A stretch of DNA of 64,000 bases from Rebecca billardiae RCC1528 (Eukaryota > Protista > Haptophyta): the NCBI GenBank assembly GCA_965240325.2, contig OZ251231.1, positions 2,418,001 through 2,482,000 on the forward strand, written 5' to 3'. Position 1 is the first letter of the stretch. Each line of letters begins with the position of its first letter. The notes below the pieces were generated by a model. It searched no databases, had not been told where the DNA came from, and saw only the letters and a list, made by a program, of their open reading frames with translations. A program made the translations under genes and the position numbers. Shown here one piece after another: positions 38,225 through 50,203 of this stretch.

Positions 38225-39242
38225 GTCTAGCCGTCCTCGTGAACGCCGACGCCAACTGCTGGCCGAAGGTGGGCACGCCGCCTGGCATGTCGATGCCGAG
38301 GCGGCTGCGTGTGTTCCTACTCAGTGGGATTTACGTGTCCTCATGCCTTGGCGAGCGGCAGCAGATGCGGTGGGCATGCCGCTCGCCGTCGACGAGACGC
38401 GGTGCGTGAGTGATCCCGTTTCATGGTGTGTTGGGGAGCACCGCGTGGAGGAGAATCCCATTGAGTGATGGGAAGGAAAGGGGGCAAGGCACGTGTGAGT
38501 CGCGCACGCACGAGGGCCGGCCAGCGGGGGCTGGGCAGGTGGGGCAGTGCGAGTGAGACGGAACCCGAATATGAGAGATAGCAGGCAGCCGGCCCCGAGG
38601 CGCGGCGCTGCGGAAGCAGGAGAAGGCTAGACGGCCTTTGCGGATGCTGTGAATGGCCCGCGGGTGCGCACGGGGCCCGGCGCGCGGTGTGCCGCCAGCG
38701 GTCCTTGTGTAGGAGCCGGCTGGCGTTGGCACCGGGGCGATCCCGAGGCAGGGCGGGAGAGATGGAGCAGCGATCCGCGTGGGGGCGCACCCACGGAGGA
38801 GGAGGCATGTGGCGAAGAGGGAACGGTGCGATCGGGGCGGGTGCGGAAGAGCCACAGGGTGCGCACGCACACAGAGAGAGAAGAGGCGGTGGCCCGAAGC
38901 GCGAGGGGGCGCGATGCGGAGCGTTGCTTACCGCCGAGTTGCCGAAAGATGTTGGTCGGTGCACGCGACGCGCCACCCGCGTGCGAGCCGCCGCCGCCGG
39001 CGACGCAGGACGAGCTTGGCTGGAGCCATCTCGCACGCCGCGCCTGGCGAAGCAGGCGGCAGAGGCCGGCGCCGGAAATCGATCTCCTGGGCGGCAGAAC
39101 AACCCGGACAGACTGTTTGTCCGGGAGCAGCGCCCTTTGAGGCGATGGTCTGGTAGAGGGCGATGTGGCTGATGAGCGGCGCTGGCGCCCGGCGTTCTTG
39201 TCGTCCTCTTAGACAATCAGTTATTGTACCAATAACCCCACA
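38225..39242 (+). mobile_element. Family B element B2, head-to-tail with B1
   Basis: Shares ~190 bp of 5' and ~300 bp of 3' sequence with B1 but has a different middle (38419-38937). Followed by (TA)n. Confidence 0.7.
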
Positions 39243-39344
39243 TATATATATATATATATATATAATTATATATATATATAATAGTTACGATGACTGCCGA
39301 TCCGAGTCGTGCAATATTGCATAGTAGCTAGCAGTTCTATGTCA

Positions 39345-40288
39345 TGGTGTTATTGGCGCACGCACAATAATTACTGAGTGTCTAGGAGCGACACCAAGAT
39401 GTATCCGGGCGCTCGGCATCATCAACGAGCTCGGTCCGCGGCGGGCGCCGCTCGGGCCAGCGCGCGCAGCAGTCCTGGACCTGGTGACACCTTTCCGCTC
39501 CTAAGCTGCCCATCCGGCCGGCACCGCCCGGGCCGGCGCCTGCAGGACACGGTACTTTCGGCAAGCGCTCATTTGGCAGCGTGGCGGCCCAAGGGACCCA
39601 CCGGGGGCGTCGCGACGCGTGCGCCGAGCCGGGCAGGGGGCTCACGACACCGGGGCTGCGCTTTCCTCCGACCGCTCGTCTCTTGAGCTCGGCTCACAGG
39701 AAGTGTACGCCTTTGGCAGTCCCCTCTGCTCGGTGAGGTTGTCTGCAGTCCGCGCCTTCGCCCTGCAGCTCCGCACCGCTCGCCTCGAGTTGCCCATCGT
39801 CCTGCACATTCTCGTCCAGCATCAGCACACGTGCTGCCGCGTCAGCACCGCGGCGGCGCGGTTCATTGTTTGCCCACCCTCTGCTACCCTACTCTGTCTT
39901 GGATATCGGTGCTGTGCAACCCGTGCTGTCTGGTCAGCCGTCGGCCGTCGACCTCCGTGACCGACGGACCTCACGGGCGCCCTCTCGACCACGGGCAGCT
40001 GCGCCTCCGCACTGCTCGCGCCCGTCGTTCGATGCGCTACTGGTGAAATCCCAACCTATGTAACCGCCTGATCGTATCCGCCCCATCGTCATGATCTAAT
40101 CGCGTGGGCCGTGGAGTTATCGTGGACTGCCATGTCGCATGAGACTCTCCTGAGACACAGAGTCACAGTCAGTCGTCAGTCACTACACAGTTCACGCCAC
40201 GACCTCATCCAGCTCTCGGTCGTGCTCGACGCTCTGGCCCTGGGCGAGCACGGAGCAGGGCATGGCGCCTTGGCGGAGTGGTTAGACA
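39345..40288 (-). mobile_element. Family B-type element B3
   Basis: On the minus strand: 5' TGTCTAA; 3' CTAGACA, TTATTG..CAATAA hairpin, then CACCA. Confidence 0.55.
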
Positions 40289-40294
40289 TATATA

Positions 40295-40363
<69 letters not shown>

Positions 40364-40372
40364 TAGATATAT

Positions 40373-40446
<74 letters not shown>
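40289..40446. repeat. (CA)n and (TA)n microsatellites
   Basis: Read directly. Confidence 0.95.
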
Positions 40447-40448
<2 letters not shown>

Positions 40449-40646
40449 TGTGCGGGGTTATATTATTGGCACAATAACTGATTGTCTAAGAGGACGGTGG
40501 GAGCGCAATGCGCCGTAGCTATCGACACCTGCCTGCCATTCGGCCCGAGCCAGGCGGCCGAGCTCAAGTCCGGCCGCCATCTTGGCCACCCTCTTCTGCC
40601 TCCTCGCTGCATCTGGCGGATGGCGCAGGCGCTTCGAGGACGGCTA

Positions 40647-40650
<4 letters not shown>
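40449..40650 (-). mobile_element. Family B mini-element B4 (~200 bp)
   Basis: Reverse complement of both B1 ends (TGTCTAGCCGTCCTCG and CGTCCTCTTAGACAATCAGTTATTG); lies between (TA)n and (CA)n. Confidence 0.7.
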
Positions 40651-40730
<80 letters not shown>

Positions 40731-40736
40731 CACATG

Positions 40737-40798
<62 letters not shown>
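40651..40798. repeat. (CA)n and (TA)n microsatellites
   Basis: Read directly. Confidence 0.95.
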
Positions 40799-40803
<5 letters not shown>

Positions 40804-41450
40804 CCTTGACCTTGCATACGTAACCAATGCCTGGATGCGGGCTGCGAAACAGGCGGCACACAGCTGAAAGCAGCGCAGCTGAAAATCGAGCTCGGCTGGC
40901 TCGCCAAGCAGCCGGTGCGGGTGAAAAGCCGAGATCGAATCTGACGAGGCGGTAGCTTCGGCGAGCCTCTTTGGCGAGCGGATACTGCAGCTTCGTCGCC
41001 TGGCTGCAGCAGATGAGTAGTAGACGAAAGCCAATCGATGAGCTGGAATATTGCTGGACGACGACCGCCGAGTTTGTAGTTAGTCATTGATGAATCAAAG
41101 CTGCTGCTTGTATGATGCTTGATGGCGGAGATGGTGAGCGCTCGTGGTGACTGCTCCGTTGTCAGCATGATGGCGGCCGGATTATTTGTATCCGCCATGA
41201 TGCTGTATGCGCGAACAGGTATAGCGCTTCACCAGCAGTGGGCCAGCTCGGCTGGAGGCGTAGGGTACCGAGGCAAGCGGCTGCAGCAAGCGCGTTCGAG
41301 GGTGCGTTATTGACCTCGATGATGAGAGCCAACTGGTTCGCCCTGTACCTGTACGACGCTAGCGGGCAAAGTCGATCGGCGGCGGGTGGTATGGCCACGT
41401 ACTTCTCGCCAGCGGACACAAAAATCGATTATTGTGCCAATAACACCACA
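40799..41450 (+). mobile_element. Family B-type element B5
   Basis: 5' TGTGTCC, subterminal GGACACA, hairpin TTATTG-TGC-CAATAA, end CACCACA. Microsatellites on both sides. Confidence 0.6.
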
Positions 41451-41474
41451 TATATATATATGCATACCACGTCG

Positions 41475-41529
<55 letters not shown>

Positions 41530-41536
41530 TATGTTA

Positions 41537-43569
41537 TGGCCCGCGGTGCAGGGCGGAGCGCGCAGCGTGGAGCCCGCACCAGCGGGCCCGAACCACGTTT
41601 CAAAAAGATCTTTGATCAAGAAAAAAGGGACGGGGGGCGATTTTTAGGGCTGGCGGAGACCGAGTTTCGAGTTTTTGAGATCGCATAGAGAGGTCTATTA
41701 GGCCGAAATAAACCGCGTCCAGCTGATTCCCTTAAGTAAAGTGCGATCTGTATTCTGGACGTCAGCTGGACGTGACATTAGTGTAACGGTTCGTTACGAG
41801 CGCGATTTTAAGTATGAGATTGCCGCCAACCGCCAACCGATAAAAACGGCAAGGCAAGGGCTCGGGAAACTTGATCACTTCTAAATGTGAATAGTAAAAT
41901 GCTCTCCCCGAGCGCGCCTGTCGCCTCGCAGGCCGCGCGTCTTGCCCTCTCCTCGCTCCGCTCTCCCCGAGGCTGAGCTCGCGGCCCGCCTGTCTGTCTG
42001 TCACCTCGCAGGCGCGCGCCACGGACACATGCGCGACGAGATCGCGGCGGGGGCGGCGAGATCGCGGCGGGGGCGACGGGCAACAACCTGCCCGCGGGCG
42101 CGTTCGTCACTCGAGGAGCAGCGCGCAAGGGCGAGCCGAGTCCGGAGCACGCGAGCTCGTCGCTCGCCGACCGGAGCAGAGCGCGCCGCCCGCCGCCGCC
42201 GAGCGAGCGGCGCGGCAGAGCTGATGAGCCGGATGCGCCCGGAGCTCGCGCGGCTGAAGGGCGAGCTCGAGCACGCGAGCTCGCGCCTCGACGCCGAGCC
42301 CGAGCTCCTCCTCAACTCAGTCGACGGCGGCGCGGAGGTCCGGCAGCAGCGTGAGGACTCACAGACAGTGTGAGTGAGCCGCGTGCAGCTCAGCCTGCCG
42401 CTGGCAGCCGCCGTCTTCGAGGCCGACGCGGCGGAGGAGGCGGCGGGCGACGAGATCGCGGCGGGGGCGGCGAGATCGCGGCGGGGGCGACGGGCAACAA
42501 CCTGCCCGCGGGCGCGTTCGTCACTCGAGGAGCAGCGCGCAAGGGCGAGCCGAGTCCGGAGCACGCGAGCTCGTCGCTCGCCGACCGGAGCAGAGCGCGC
42601 CGCCCGCCGCCGCCGAGCGAGCGGCGCGGCAGAGCTGATGAGCCGGATGCGCCCGGAGCTCGCGCGGCTGAAGGGCGAGCTCGAGCACGCGAGCTCGCGC
42701 CTCGACGCCGAGCGCGAGCTCCTCTTCAACTCGGTCGACGGCGGCGCGGAGGTCCGGCAGCAGCGTGAGCGGACTCACAGACAGTGTGAGTGAGCCGCGC
42801 GCAGCTCAGCCTGCCGCTGGCAGCCGCCGTCTTCGAGGCCGACGCGGCGGAGGAGGCGGCGGGCGAGCACGGCGGCGCGGTGGAGCAGGCGCGCACGCGC
42901 GGCGGCAGGCGCGACGCGCCGCTCGCCTCGTTCCACCGCCCCGAGCTCCGCTCGGTCGGTCTCGGTGCGCGGCTGCGCAGCCGGCAGGCCGGCGGGCCAG
43001 CAGTCTGCAGTGGCGCGCGCTCTCGCTCTGCCGGCACGAGGCGTGCCGGCTGAGCGACCAGCGGCCCGTCGTCGAGCGCATGGCGCAGGGCGAGTACCTC
43101 AAGCAGGTGCGCCCGCTCGCGCGCACGCGCCGGCTCGCGACCAGCGGCCCTTCGTCGAGCGCATGGCGCAGCGCGAGCACCTTGCAAGCTGAAGCAGGTG
43201 CACCCGCACGCGCGCACGCGCCGGCCCGGCGCCGCGCGGCGCCTCTCGCCCTCTCGCCCTGCGCGCGCCGCCGCCCCGCTTCCCCGCGCGGCCCGTCCGC
43301 GCCTCTCGCCCTGCGAGCGCGCCGCCCCGCTTGGACCCCGCGCGGCCCGTCCGCTGGTGTCCCATGCCACCCTTGGCCGTGCGCGCCCGCATACTCGCGC
43401 CGAGTCCGAGACTCGGATTCTCGGTCTCGGGTCTGACTCTCCCTCTCAGAGTGGCTGAACTGTCTTTCTGACTCGGACCGTGACTGACTCGTCAGTCTCA
43501 TTCTCAACCACTGCGCCGCGGGCCCCGAACTGCGTTGGTTCTACGGAAAAGGACCGCGGAACGCGGTCA
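41537..43569 (+). mobile_element. Family A element, copy A4, with a ~415-bp internal tandem duplication
   Basis: Family A ends; inverted near-identical copy of A3; ~42034-42448 is repeated at ~42449-42864. Confidence 0.8.
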
Positions 43570-43614
43570 TATATGTATAGTCGGTCGTATCACGTATCGG
43601 TATGTATGTACGTA

Positions 43615-43720
<106 letters not shown>

Positions 43721-43776
43721 TAGCCCGGCAGCCGCGGATGAACGGATTGCATGTCAACAATGACAGTGCGCGCTGC

Positions 43777-46299
43777 TCAGGCCCTCGTCACCCGCCTGGC
43801 CATCACCACGGGTCGTACATGCGACGGCTCAGTCGATACGACGCTGGCTGTGACCAGCGGCGGCAGCTGCGATGATCGCGGCCGCCACGCTGCCACGACG
43901 TCCGAGGGTGTGGCTGTGCTGCTGGTGCCCTTCCGCTGTCGCTTGCCGGCGCTCACTTCTTTGGTGCTCACGACTTGCTCCAGACCGCGCTTGTGCGCAC
44001 AGCTCCGATGGTGCTTCATGCCGGCCAGCTTGTGCACAGCGCACCGGCTGGCGCGCACGTCACCCGGCATGCCAAAGTAAGGCCGCGTGGTGCAGCCCTC
44101 GTGATCACACTTGGGACTCTTCAGGTCGACCATGCCGGCCAGCTTGTGCGCAGCGCACCGGCTGACGCGCGCGTCGCCCGGCATGCCGAATGAAGGCACC
44201 TTGGTGCAGCCCTCGTGACCGCACTTGGGGTGCTTCAGGTCGACCATGCCGGCCAGCTTGTGCGCAGCGCACCGGCTGACGCGCGCGTCGCCCGGCATGC
44301 CAAAGTAAGGCCGCGTGGTGCAGCCCTCGTGATCACACTTGGGGCTCTTCACGTCGACCATGCCGGCCAGCTTGTGCGCAGCGCACCGGCTGGCGCGCGC
44401 GTCGCCCGGCATGCCAAAGTAAGGCCGCGTGGTGCAGCCCTCGTGATCACACTTGGGGCTCTTCACGTCGACCATGCCGGCCAGCTTATGCGCAGCGCAC
44501 CGGCTGGCGCGCGCGTCGCCCGGCATGCCAAAGTAAGGCCGCGTGGTGCAGCCCTCGTGATCACACTTGGGGCTCTTCACGTCGACCATGCCGGCCAGCT
44601 TGTGCGCAGCGCACCGGCTGACGCGCGCGTCGCCCGGCATGCCGAATGAAGGCACCTTGGTGCAGCCCTCGTGATCACACTTGGAGTTCTTCAGGTCGAC
44701 CATGCCGGCCAGCTTGTGCGCAGCGCACCGGCTGGCGCGCGCGTCGCCCGGCATGCCAAAGTAAGGCCGCGTGGTGCAGCCCTCGTGATCACACTTGGGG
44801 CTCTTCACGTCGACCATGCCGGCCAGCTTGTGCGCAGCGCACCGGCTGGCGCGCACGTCACCCGGCATGCCAAATGAAGGCGCCTTGATGCAGCCCTCGT
44901 GATCACACTTGCGGCTCTTCAGGTCGACCATGCCGGCCAGCTTGTGCGCAGCGCACCGGCTGGCGCGCGCGTCACCCGGCATGCCGAAGTGAGGCCGCGT
45001 GGTGCAGCCGGTGTGATCACACTTGGGGTGCTTCAGGTCGACCATGCCGGCCAGCTTGTGCGCAGCGCACCGGCTGACGCGCGCGTCGCCCGGCATGCCG
45101 AATGAAGGCACCTTGGTGCAGCCCTCGTGACCGCACTTGGGGTGCTTCAGGTCGACCATGCCGGCCAGCTTGTGCGCAGCGCACCGGCTGACGCGCGCGT
45201 CGCCCGGCATGCCAAAGTAAGGCCGCGTGGTGCAGCCCTCGTGATCACACTTGGGGCTCTTCACGTCGACCATGCCGGCCAGCTTGTGCGCAGCGCACCG
45301 GCTGACGCGCGCGTCGCCCGGCATGCCAAAGTAAGGCCGCGTGGTGCAGCCCTCGTGATCACACTTGGGGCTCTTCACGTCGACCATGCCGGCCAGCTTA
45401 TGCGCAGCGCACCGGCTGGCGCGCGCGTCGCCCGGCATGCCAAAGTAAGGCCGCGTGGTGCAGCCCTCGTGATCACACTTGGGGCTCTTCACGTCGACCA
45501 TGCCGGCCAGCTTGTGCGCAGCGCACCGGCTGACGCGCGCGTCGCCCGGCATGCCGAATGAAGGCACCTTGGTGCAGCCCTCGTGATCACACTTGGAGTT
45601 CTTCAGGTCGACCATGCCGGCCAGCTTGTGCGCAGCGCACCGGCTGGCGCGCGCGTCGCCCGGCATGCCAAAGTAAGGCCGCGTGGTGCAGCCCTCGTGA
45701 TCACACTTGGGGCTCTTCACGTCGACCATGCCGGCCAGCTTGTGCGCAGCGCACCGGCTGGCGCGCACGTCACCCGGCATGCCAAATGAAGGCGCCTTGA
45801 TGCAGCCCTCGTGATCACACTTGCGGCTCTTCAGGTCGACCATGCCGGCCAGCTTGTGCGCAGCGCACCGGCTGGCGCGCGCGTCACCCGGCATGCCGAA
45901 GTGAGGCCGCGTGGTGCAGCCGGTGTGATCACACTTGGGGTGCTTCAGGTCGACCATGCCGGCCAGCTTGTGCGCAGCGCACCGGCTGGCGCGCGCGTCA
46001 CCCGGCATGCCGAATGAAGGCACCTTGGTGCAGCCCTCGTGACCGCACTTGGGGTGCTTCAGGTCGACCATGCCGGCCAGCTTGTGCGCAGCGCACCGGC
46101 TGGCGCGCGCGTCACCCGGCATGCCGAAGTGAGGCCGCGTGGTGCAGCCGGTGTGATCGCACTTGCGGCGCTTCAGGTCGACCATGCCGGCCAGCTTGGC
46201 GCACAGGAGCAGCGCCTCGGCCGGCAAGGCGAGATGAGGCGGACGGAACGAGGGCTGCGGGCGTGGCCTGCTGCCGGTGCAGAGCCCCACCCGGCCCAT
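43777..46299 (-). CDS. EsV-1-7-type Cys/His repeat protein, paralog 1 (19 x 38 aa; array 44020..46185)
   Basis: Open frame of [38 protein letters not shown] units with tail GKRQRK. The start is uncertain and the family assignment is from motif recall. Confidence 0.8.
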   Translation of the reverse strand: MGRVGLCTGSRPRPQPSFRPPHLALPAEALLLCAKLAGMVDLKRRKCDHTGCTTRPHFGMPGDARASRCAAHKLAGMVDLKHPKCGHEGCTKVPSFGMPGDARASRCAAHKLAGMVDLKHPKCDHTGCTTRPHFGMPGDARASRCAAHKLAGMVDLKSRKCDHEGCIKAPSFGMPGDVRASRCAAHKLAGMVDVKSPKCDHEGCTTRPYFGMPGDARASRCAAHKLAGMVDLKNSKCDHEGCTKVPSFGMPGDARVSRCAAHKLAGMVDVKSPKCDHEGCTTRPYFGMPGDARASRCAAHKLAGMVDVKSPKCDHEGCTTRPYFGMPGDARVSRCAAHKLAGMVDVKSPKCDHEGCTTRPYFGMPGDARVSRCAAHKLAGMVDLKHPKCGHEGCTKVPSFGMPGDARVSRCAAHKLAGMVDLKHPKCDHTGCTTRPHFGMPGDARASRCAAHKLAGMVDLKSRKCDHEGCIKAPSFGMPGDVRASRCAAHKLAGMVDVKSPKCDHEGCTTRPYFGMPGDARASRCAAHKLAGMVDLKNSKCDHEGCTKVPSFGMPGDARVSRCAAHKLAGMVDVKSPKCDHEGCTTRPYFGMPGDARASRCAAHKLAGMVDVKSPKCDHEGCTTRPYFGMPGDARASRCAAHKLAGMVDVKSPKCDHEGCTTRPYFGMPGDARVSRCAAHKLAGMVDLKHPKCGHEGCTKVPSFGMPGDARVSRCAAHKLAGMVDLKSPKCDHEGCTTRPYFGMPGDVRASRCAVHKLAGMKHHRSCAHKRGLEQVVSTKEVSAGKRQRKGTSSTATPSDVVAAWRPRSSQLPPLVTASVVSTEPSHVRPVVMARRVTRA

Positions 46300-46430
46300 C
46301 ATGTCCAGTCATGGCTGCCGCTTGCGCGCGCCGATTGGAGGCTCGTGCACGCCGACCGCGTACGGCACGGTCCGGAGCGCATGCCGGGTGGTCAAAGCAC
46401 GTGCGTCGGCCTCGTGTCGCTGCGACATAG

Positions 46431-46539
<109 letters not shown>

Positions 46540-46685
46540 TCCTCATATTGTCACATCACACATGCCGTGTAGTCGTGATATATCGTAGCAGTCGTCATGC
46601 TGCACCAAGCTAGTTATGCGATGACTGCAGTTCAGTATGTATCATCATATTCATATCGTCAGCACCCGCTGTCAAAGTGAGCTGC

Positions 46686-48428
46686 TCAGGCCCTCACCCG
46701 CCTGGCCATCACCACGGGTCGTACATGATGCGACGGCGTCGATACGACGCCGGCTGTGACCAGCGGTGGCAGCTGCGATGATCGCGGCCGCCACGCTGCC
46801 ACGACGTCCGAGGGTGTGGCCGTGCTGCTGGTGCGCTTCCGCTGTCGCTTGCCGGCGCTCACTACTTTGGTGCTCACGACTTGCTCCAGACCGCGCTTGT
46901 GCGCACAGCTCCGATGGTGCTTCATGCCGGCCAGCTTGTGCACAGCGCACCGGCTGGCGCGCACGTCACCCGGCATGCCAAAGTTAGGCCGCGTGGTGCA
47001 GCCGGTGTGATCACACTTGGGGTTCTTCAGGTCGACCATGCCGGCCAGCTTGTGCGCAGCGCACCGGCTGGCGCGCACGTCACCCGGCATGCCAAATGAA
47101 GGCACCTTGACGCAGCCCTCGTGATCACACTTGCGGCTCTTCAGGTCGACCATGCCGGCCAGCTTGTGCGCAGCGCACCGGCTGGCGCGTGCGTCACCTG
47201 CCATGCCAAACGACGGCACCTTGGTGCAGCCGGTGTGATCACACTTGGGGCTCTTCAGGTCGACCATGCCGGCCAGCTTGTGCGCAGCGCACCGGCTGGC
47301 GCGCGCGTCACCCGGCATGCCGAAGTGAGGCCGCGTGGTGCAGCCGGTGTGATCGCACTTGGGGTGCTTCAGGTCGACCATGCCGGCCAGCGTGTGCGCA
47401 GCGCACCGGCTGGCGCGCGCGTCGCCCGGCATGCCAAAGTAAGGCCGCGTGGTGCAGCCCTCGTGATCACACTTGGGGTGCTTCAGGTCGACCATGCCGG
47501 CCCGCTTGTGCGCAGCGCACCGGCTGGCGCGCCCGTCACCCGGCATGCCGAAGTAAGGCCGCGTGGTGCAGCCCTCGTGATCACACTTGGAGCTCTTCAG
47601 GTCGACCATGCCGGCCAGCTTATGCGCAGCGCACCGGCTGACGCGTGCGTCACCCGGCATGCCAAAGTTAGGCCGCGTGGTGCAGCCCTCGTGATCACAC
47701 TTGGGGTGCTTCAGGTCGACCATGCCGGCCAGCTTGTGCGCAGCGCACCGGCTGGCGCGCACGTCACCCGGCATGCCAAATGAAGGCACCTTGACGCAGC
47801 CCTCGTGATCACACTTGCGGCTCTTCAGGTCGACCATGCCGGCCAGCTTGTGCGCAGCGCACCGGCTGGCGCGCGCGTCACCTGCCATGCCAAACGACGG
47901 CACCTTGGTGCAGCCGGTGTGATCACACTTGGGGTGCTTCAGGTCGACCATGCCGGCCAGCTTGTGCGCAGCGCACCGGCTGGCGCGCGCGTCACCCGGC
48001 ATGCCGAAGTGAGGCCGCGTGGTGCAGCCGGTGTGATCGCACTTGCGGCGCTTCAGGTCGACCATGCCGGCCAGCTTGGCGCACAGGAGCAGCGCCTCGG
48101 CCGGCAAGGCGAGGCCGTGAGGACGGAACGAGGGCTGCGGTGTGCCGGTGCAGGCGCGTGCCTGCAGCAGCTGCCCACCCGGCCCATCATGTCCAGTCAT
48201 GGCTGCCGCTTGCGCGCGCCGATTGGAGGCTCGTGCACGCCGACCGCGTACGGCACGGTCCGGAGCGCATGCCGGGTGGTCAAAGCACGTGCGTCGGCCT
48301 CGTGACCCGCCCTCTGATGGGCTCGTCGGGTCCCTCCTCACGCTCGAGCCGTGGGCCAGCGTGCACCTTGCGGGTCGGCTGGCGAGCTGCACTGACACGG
48401 TGGATGCGCGGCATGGCATGTGCGCCAA
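46686..48428 (-). CDS. EsV-1-7-type repeat protein, paralog 2 (10 repeats; array 46926..48065)
   Basis: Same repeat, tail GKRQRKR. The start may be a downstream ATG (MTGHDG or MVDLK). Confidence 0.8.
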   Translation of the reverse strand: MAHMPCRASTVSVQLASRPARCTLAHGSSVRRDPTSPSEGGSRGRRTCFDHPACAPDRAVRGRRARASNRRAQAAAMTGHDGPGGQLLQARACTGTPQPSFRPHGLALPAEALLLCAKLAGMVDLKRRKCDHTGCTTRPHFGMPGDARASRCAAHKLAGMVDLKHPKCDHTGCTKVPSFGMAGDARASRCAAHKLAGMVDLKSRKCDHEGCVKVPSFGMPGDVRASRCAAHKLAGMVDLKHPKCDHEGCTTRPNFGMPGDARVSRCAAHKLAGMVDLKSSKCDHEGCTTRPYFGMPGDGRASRCAAHKRAGMVDLKHPKCDHEGCTTRPYFGMPGDARASRCAAHTLAGMVDLKHPKCDHTGCTTRPHFGMPGDARASRCAAHKLAGMVDLKSPKCDHTGCTKVPSFGMAGDARASRCAAHKLAGMVDLKSRKCDHEGCVKVPSFGMPGDVRASRCAAHKLAGMVDLKNPKCDHTGCTTRPNFGMPGDVRASRCAVHKLAGMKHHRSCAHKRGLEQVVSTKVVSAGKRQRKRTSSTATPSDVVAAWRPRSSQLPPLVTAGVVSTPSHHVRPVVMARRVRA

Positions 48429-49100
48429 TGGCCGCCCAGGAGGTCAGGGCGAACGGGGGCGGACGTGCACACGTGCGTCCAGTCGTTCGAACCGCGCGCC
48501 GAGGCTGTTTCGAAGGTGCGCACCTGCTCGCGGATGTCGGCGCCCTGGCACTCCGTGGGCAGCCCGTGGGACCAGAGAAGCCACGACGGGCAGCATTCGG
48601 GCGAGATGTGCATTCTCCCATGGCGGCAGGGAACGCTCTGTGCGTACGCTACGGGCCACGCTGAGGTCGGCGATACGGGCATGGCCTGTGCATGTGGCTG
48701 GAGCAGCCTGCTCGGGGGCCCACGGATCACCGCGCATGGCCACTCAATCGATGACGCCGACTCAATCTGACTCTGAGTCTGACTCTGCGACTCCGAGGGC
48801 GAGAGTGATGAGAATTCATCTGTCGTCACTTTCACTATCAGGCGACTCAGCTCCACTCTCGCCATCCGGTCCGGCGGTCGTATGCGCAGTGGTATAGGTA
48901 TTTCGTCTAGGATCGACGTCATCTAGTACAGACGCTGCCTGACGGCGCGCACGCTGCATCAGCGCGGCCACGGCCAGCTGGCAGCTAGATGACGATGGCG
49001 ATGCGCACAGAGTCGGTGATCGGACTGGCCGACGGTATTGTAGACATTGTAGTGCGCAGCACAGCCGGCGCGCCCACGGCGAGGCGAGCGGCGGTCCGGC

Positions 49101-49451
49101 TCAGGGCGCGCCCGCCGCGCCCTGCTCGGCGCACGCGCCCGAGAAGTCGAGCCGCAGCAGCAGCGCGCCAAACGGCGACGCGCCGCCGCCGTCCGCGCGC
49201 GCGAGCGCGTCGCGGATGTAGCGCACGTACTCGCGCAGCGTCTGGCACGCGACGCGCATCGAGGCGCACGACTCCGCGCTGGGCAGGCCGTGGAGCAGCT
49301 CGGCCGTGGCGCGCTGCTGCGCCTGCACGTCAGCTGCAGCAGCGCGTGCAGCACCTCGTGCACCGCGCACGCCTCGTCCGAGAGCAGGCAGCGGTGGCAT
49401 CCAGCGGCCAGGTAGCGGCAGTGCGCGGCGCGCAGCTCGGCGACGGACGCG
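49101..49451 (-). pseudogene. Duplicated 3' fragment of the gamma-tubulin complex gene
   Basis: Near-identical to 56368..56719, with a 1-bp deletion (cacgtcagc vs cacgatcagc). Confidence 0.88.
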
Positions 49452-49924
49452 CAGGAGCTGCGCGCGCTCGTGACGCGCACGCAGCTGCTCGGCGCGCTCG
49501 CGCCGCTCGCGCGGCTGAGCGCGGGGCTCGACGGCGCGCTCGTTCGGCGCTGGGAGCGCGAGGGGCTGCCGCTGCCCCCGGCGCTGCTCACGAAGGCGAA
49601 GAAGGCGGTCGAGCTGCACGACTCGCTCGGCGCGCTCGGCGCGCAGGCCAGCGCGCTTGAGGCGCAGGTCCGCACCGTCCTCTCCGACCAGGCGCGCGTG
49701 CGCGAGTCGATTCAGGCGCTCGAGAATGTGGGCAAGTGCTCGCTGCTCGACCGCTACCTCAAGGACCTCAACCGCTCCGAGGACGAGATCGTCGAGACGC
49801 GCAACAAGATCGGCACCGTGCGCAGCGGGCAGGACAGCGTGCGCGCGCAGCTCGGCGCGCTGCAGGAGCAGGTCAACGCGACTGCGCCATGATGCGCGCA
49901 CAGCACGACTTCCAGCAGCAGTGA
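49440..49924 (+). pseudogene. Duplicated 3' fragment of the DUF4139-ubiquitin gene
   Basis: Near-identical to 36626..37108, with a frameshift and stop near 49890. Confidence 0.88.
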
Positions 49925-50203
49925 GTTACGTGAGCACAGAGTCTCAGCGTGCGGTCATCACTGCAGACGGCGCCGCGGCCGCACCGCAATTGCACGTCGA
50001 ATCAGATTCAGATGATTCAGTCGTCACGATCATCAGCTGCAGCACGGCATCATATATATATATATCGTCATCATATTGTCACATGCCGTGATGTAGTCGT
50101 GATATATCGTAGCAGTCGTCATGCTGCACCAAGCTAGTTATACGATGACTGCAGTCCAGTATGTATCATCATATCGTCAGCACCCGCTGTCAAAGTGAGC
50201 TGC

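Noticed and set aside
37434-39242. LTR retrotransposon (TG...CA ends, direct repeats)
   Set aside because: The repeat layout is A-x-C-A-y-C, meaning two tandem elements. There is no gag/pol, recognisable PBS or TSD.
48900-48930. Canonical Helitron 3' end (hairpin + CTAG|T) upstream of the repeat genes
   Set aside because: The stem is only ~4 bp and is not conserved in the third unit; no matching 5' end was found.
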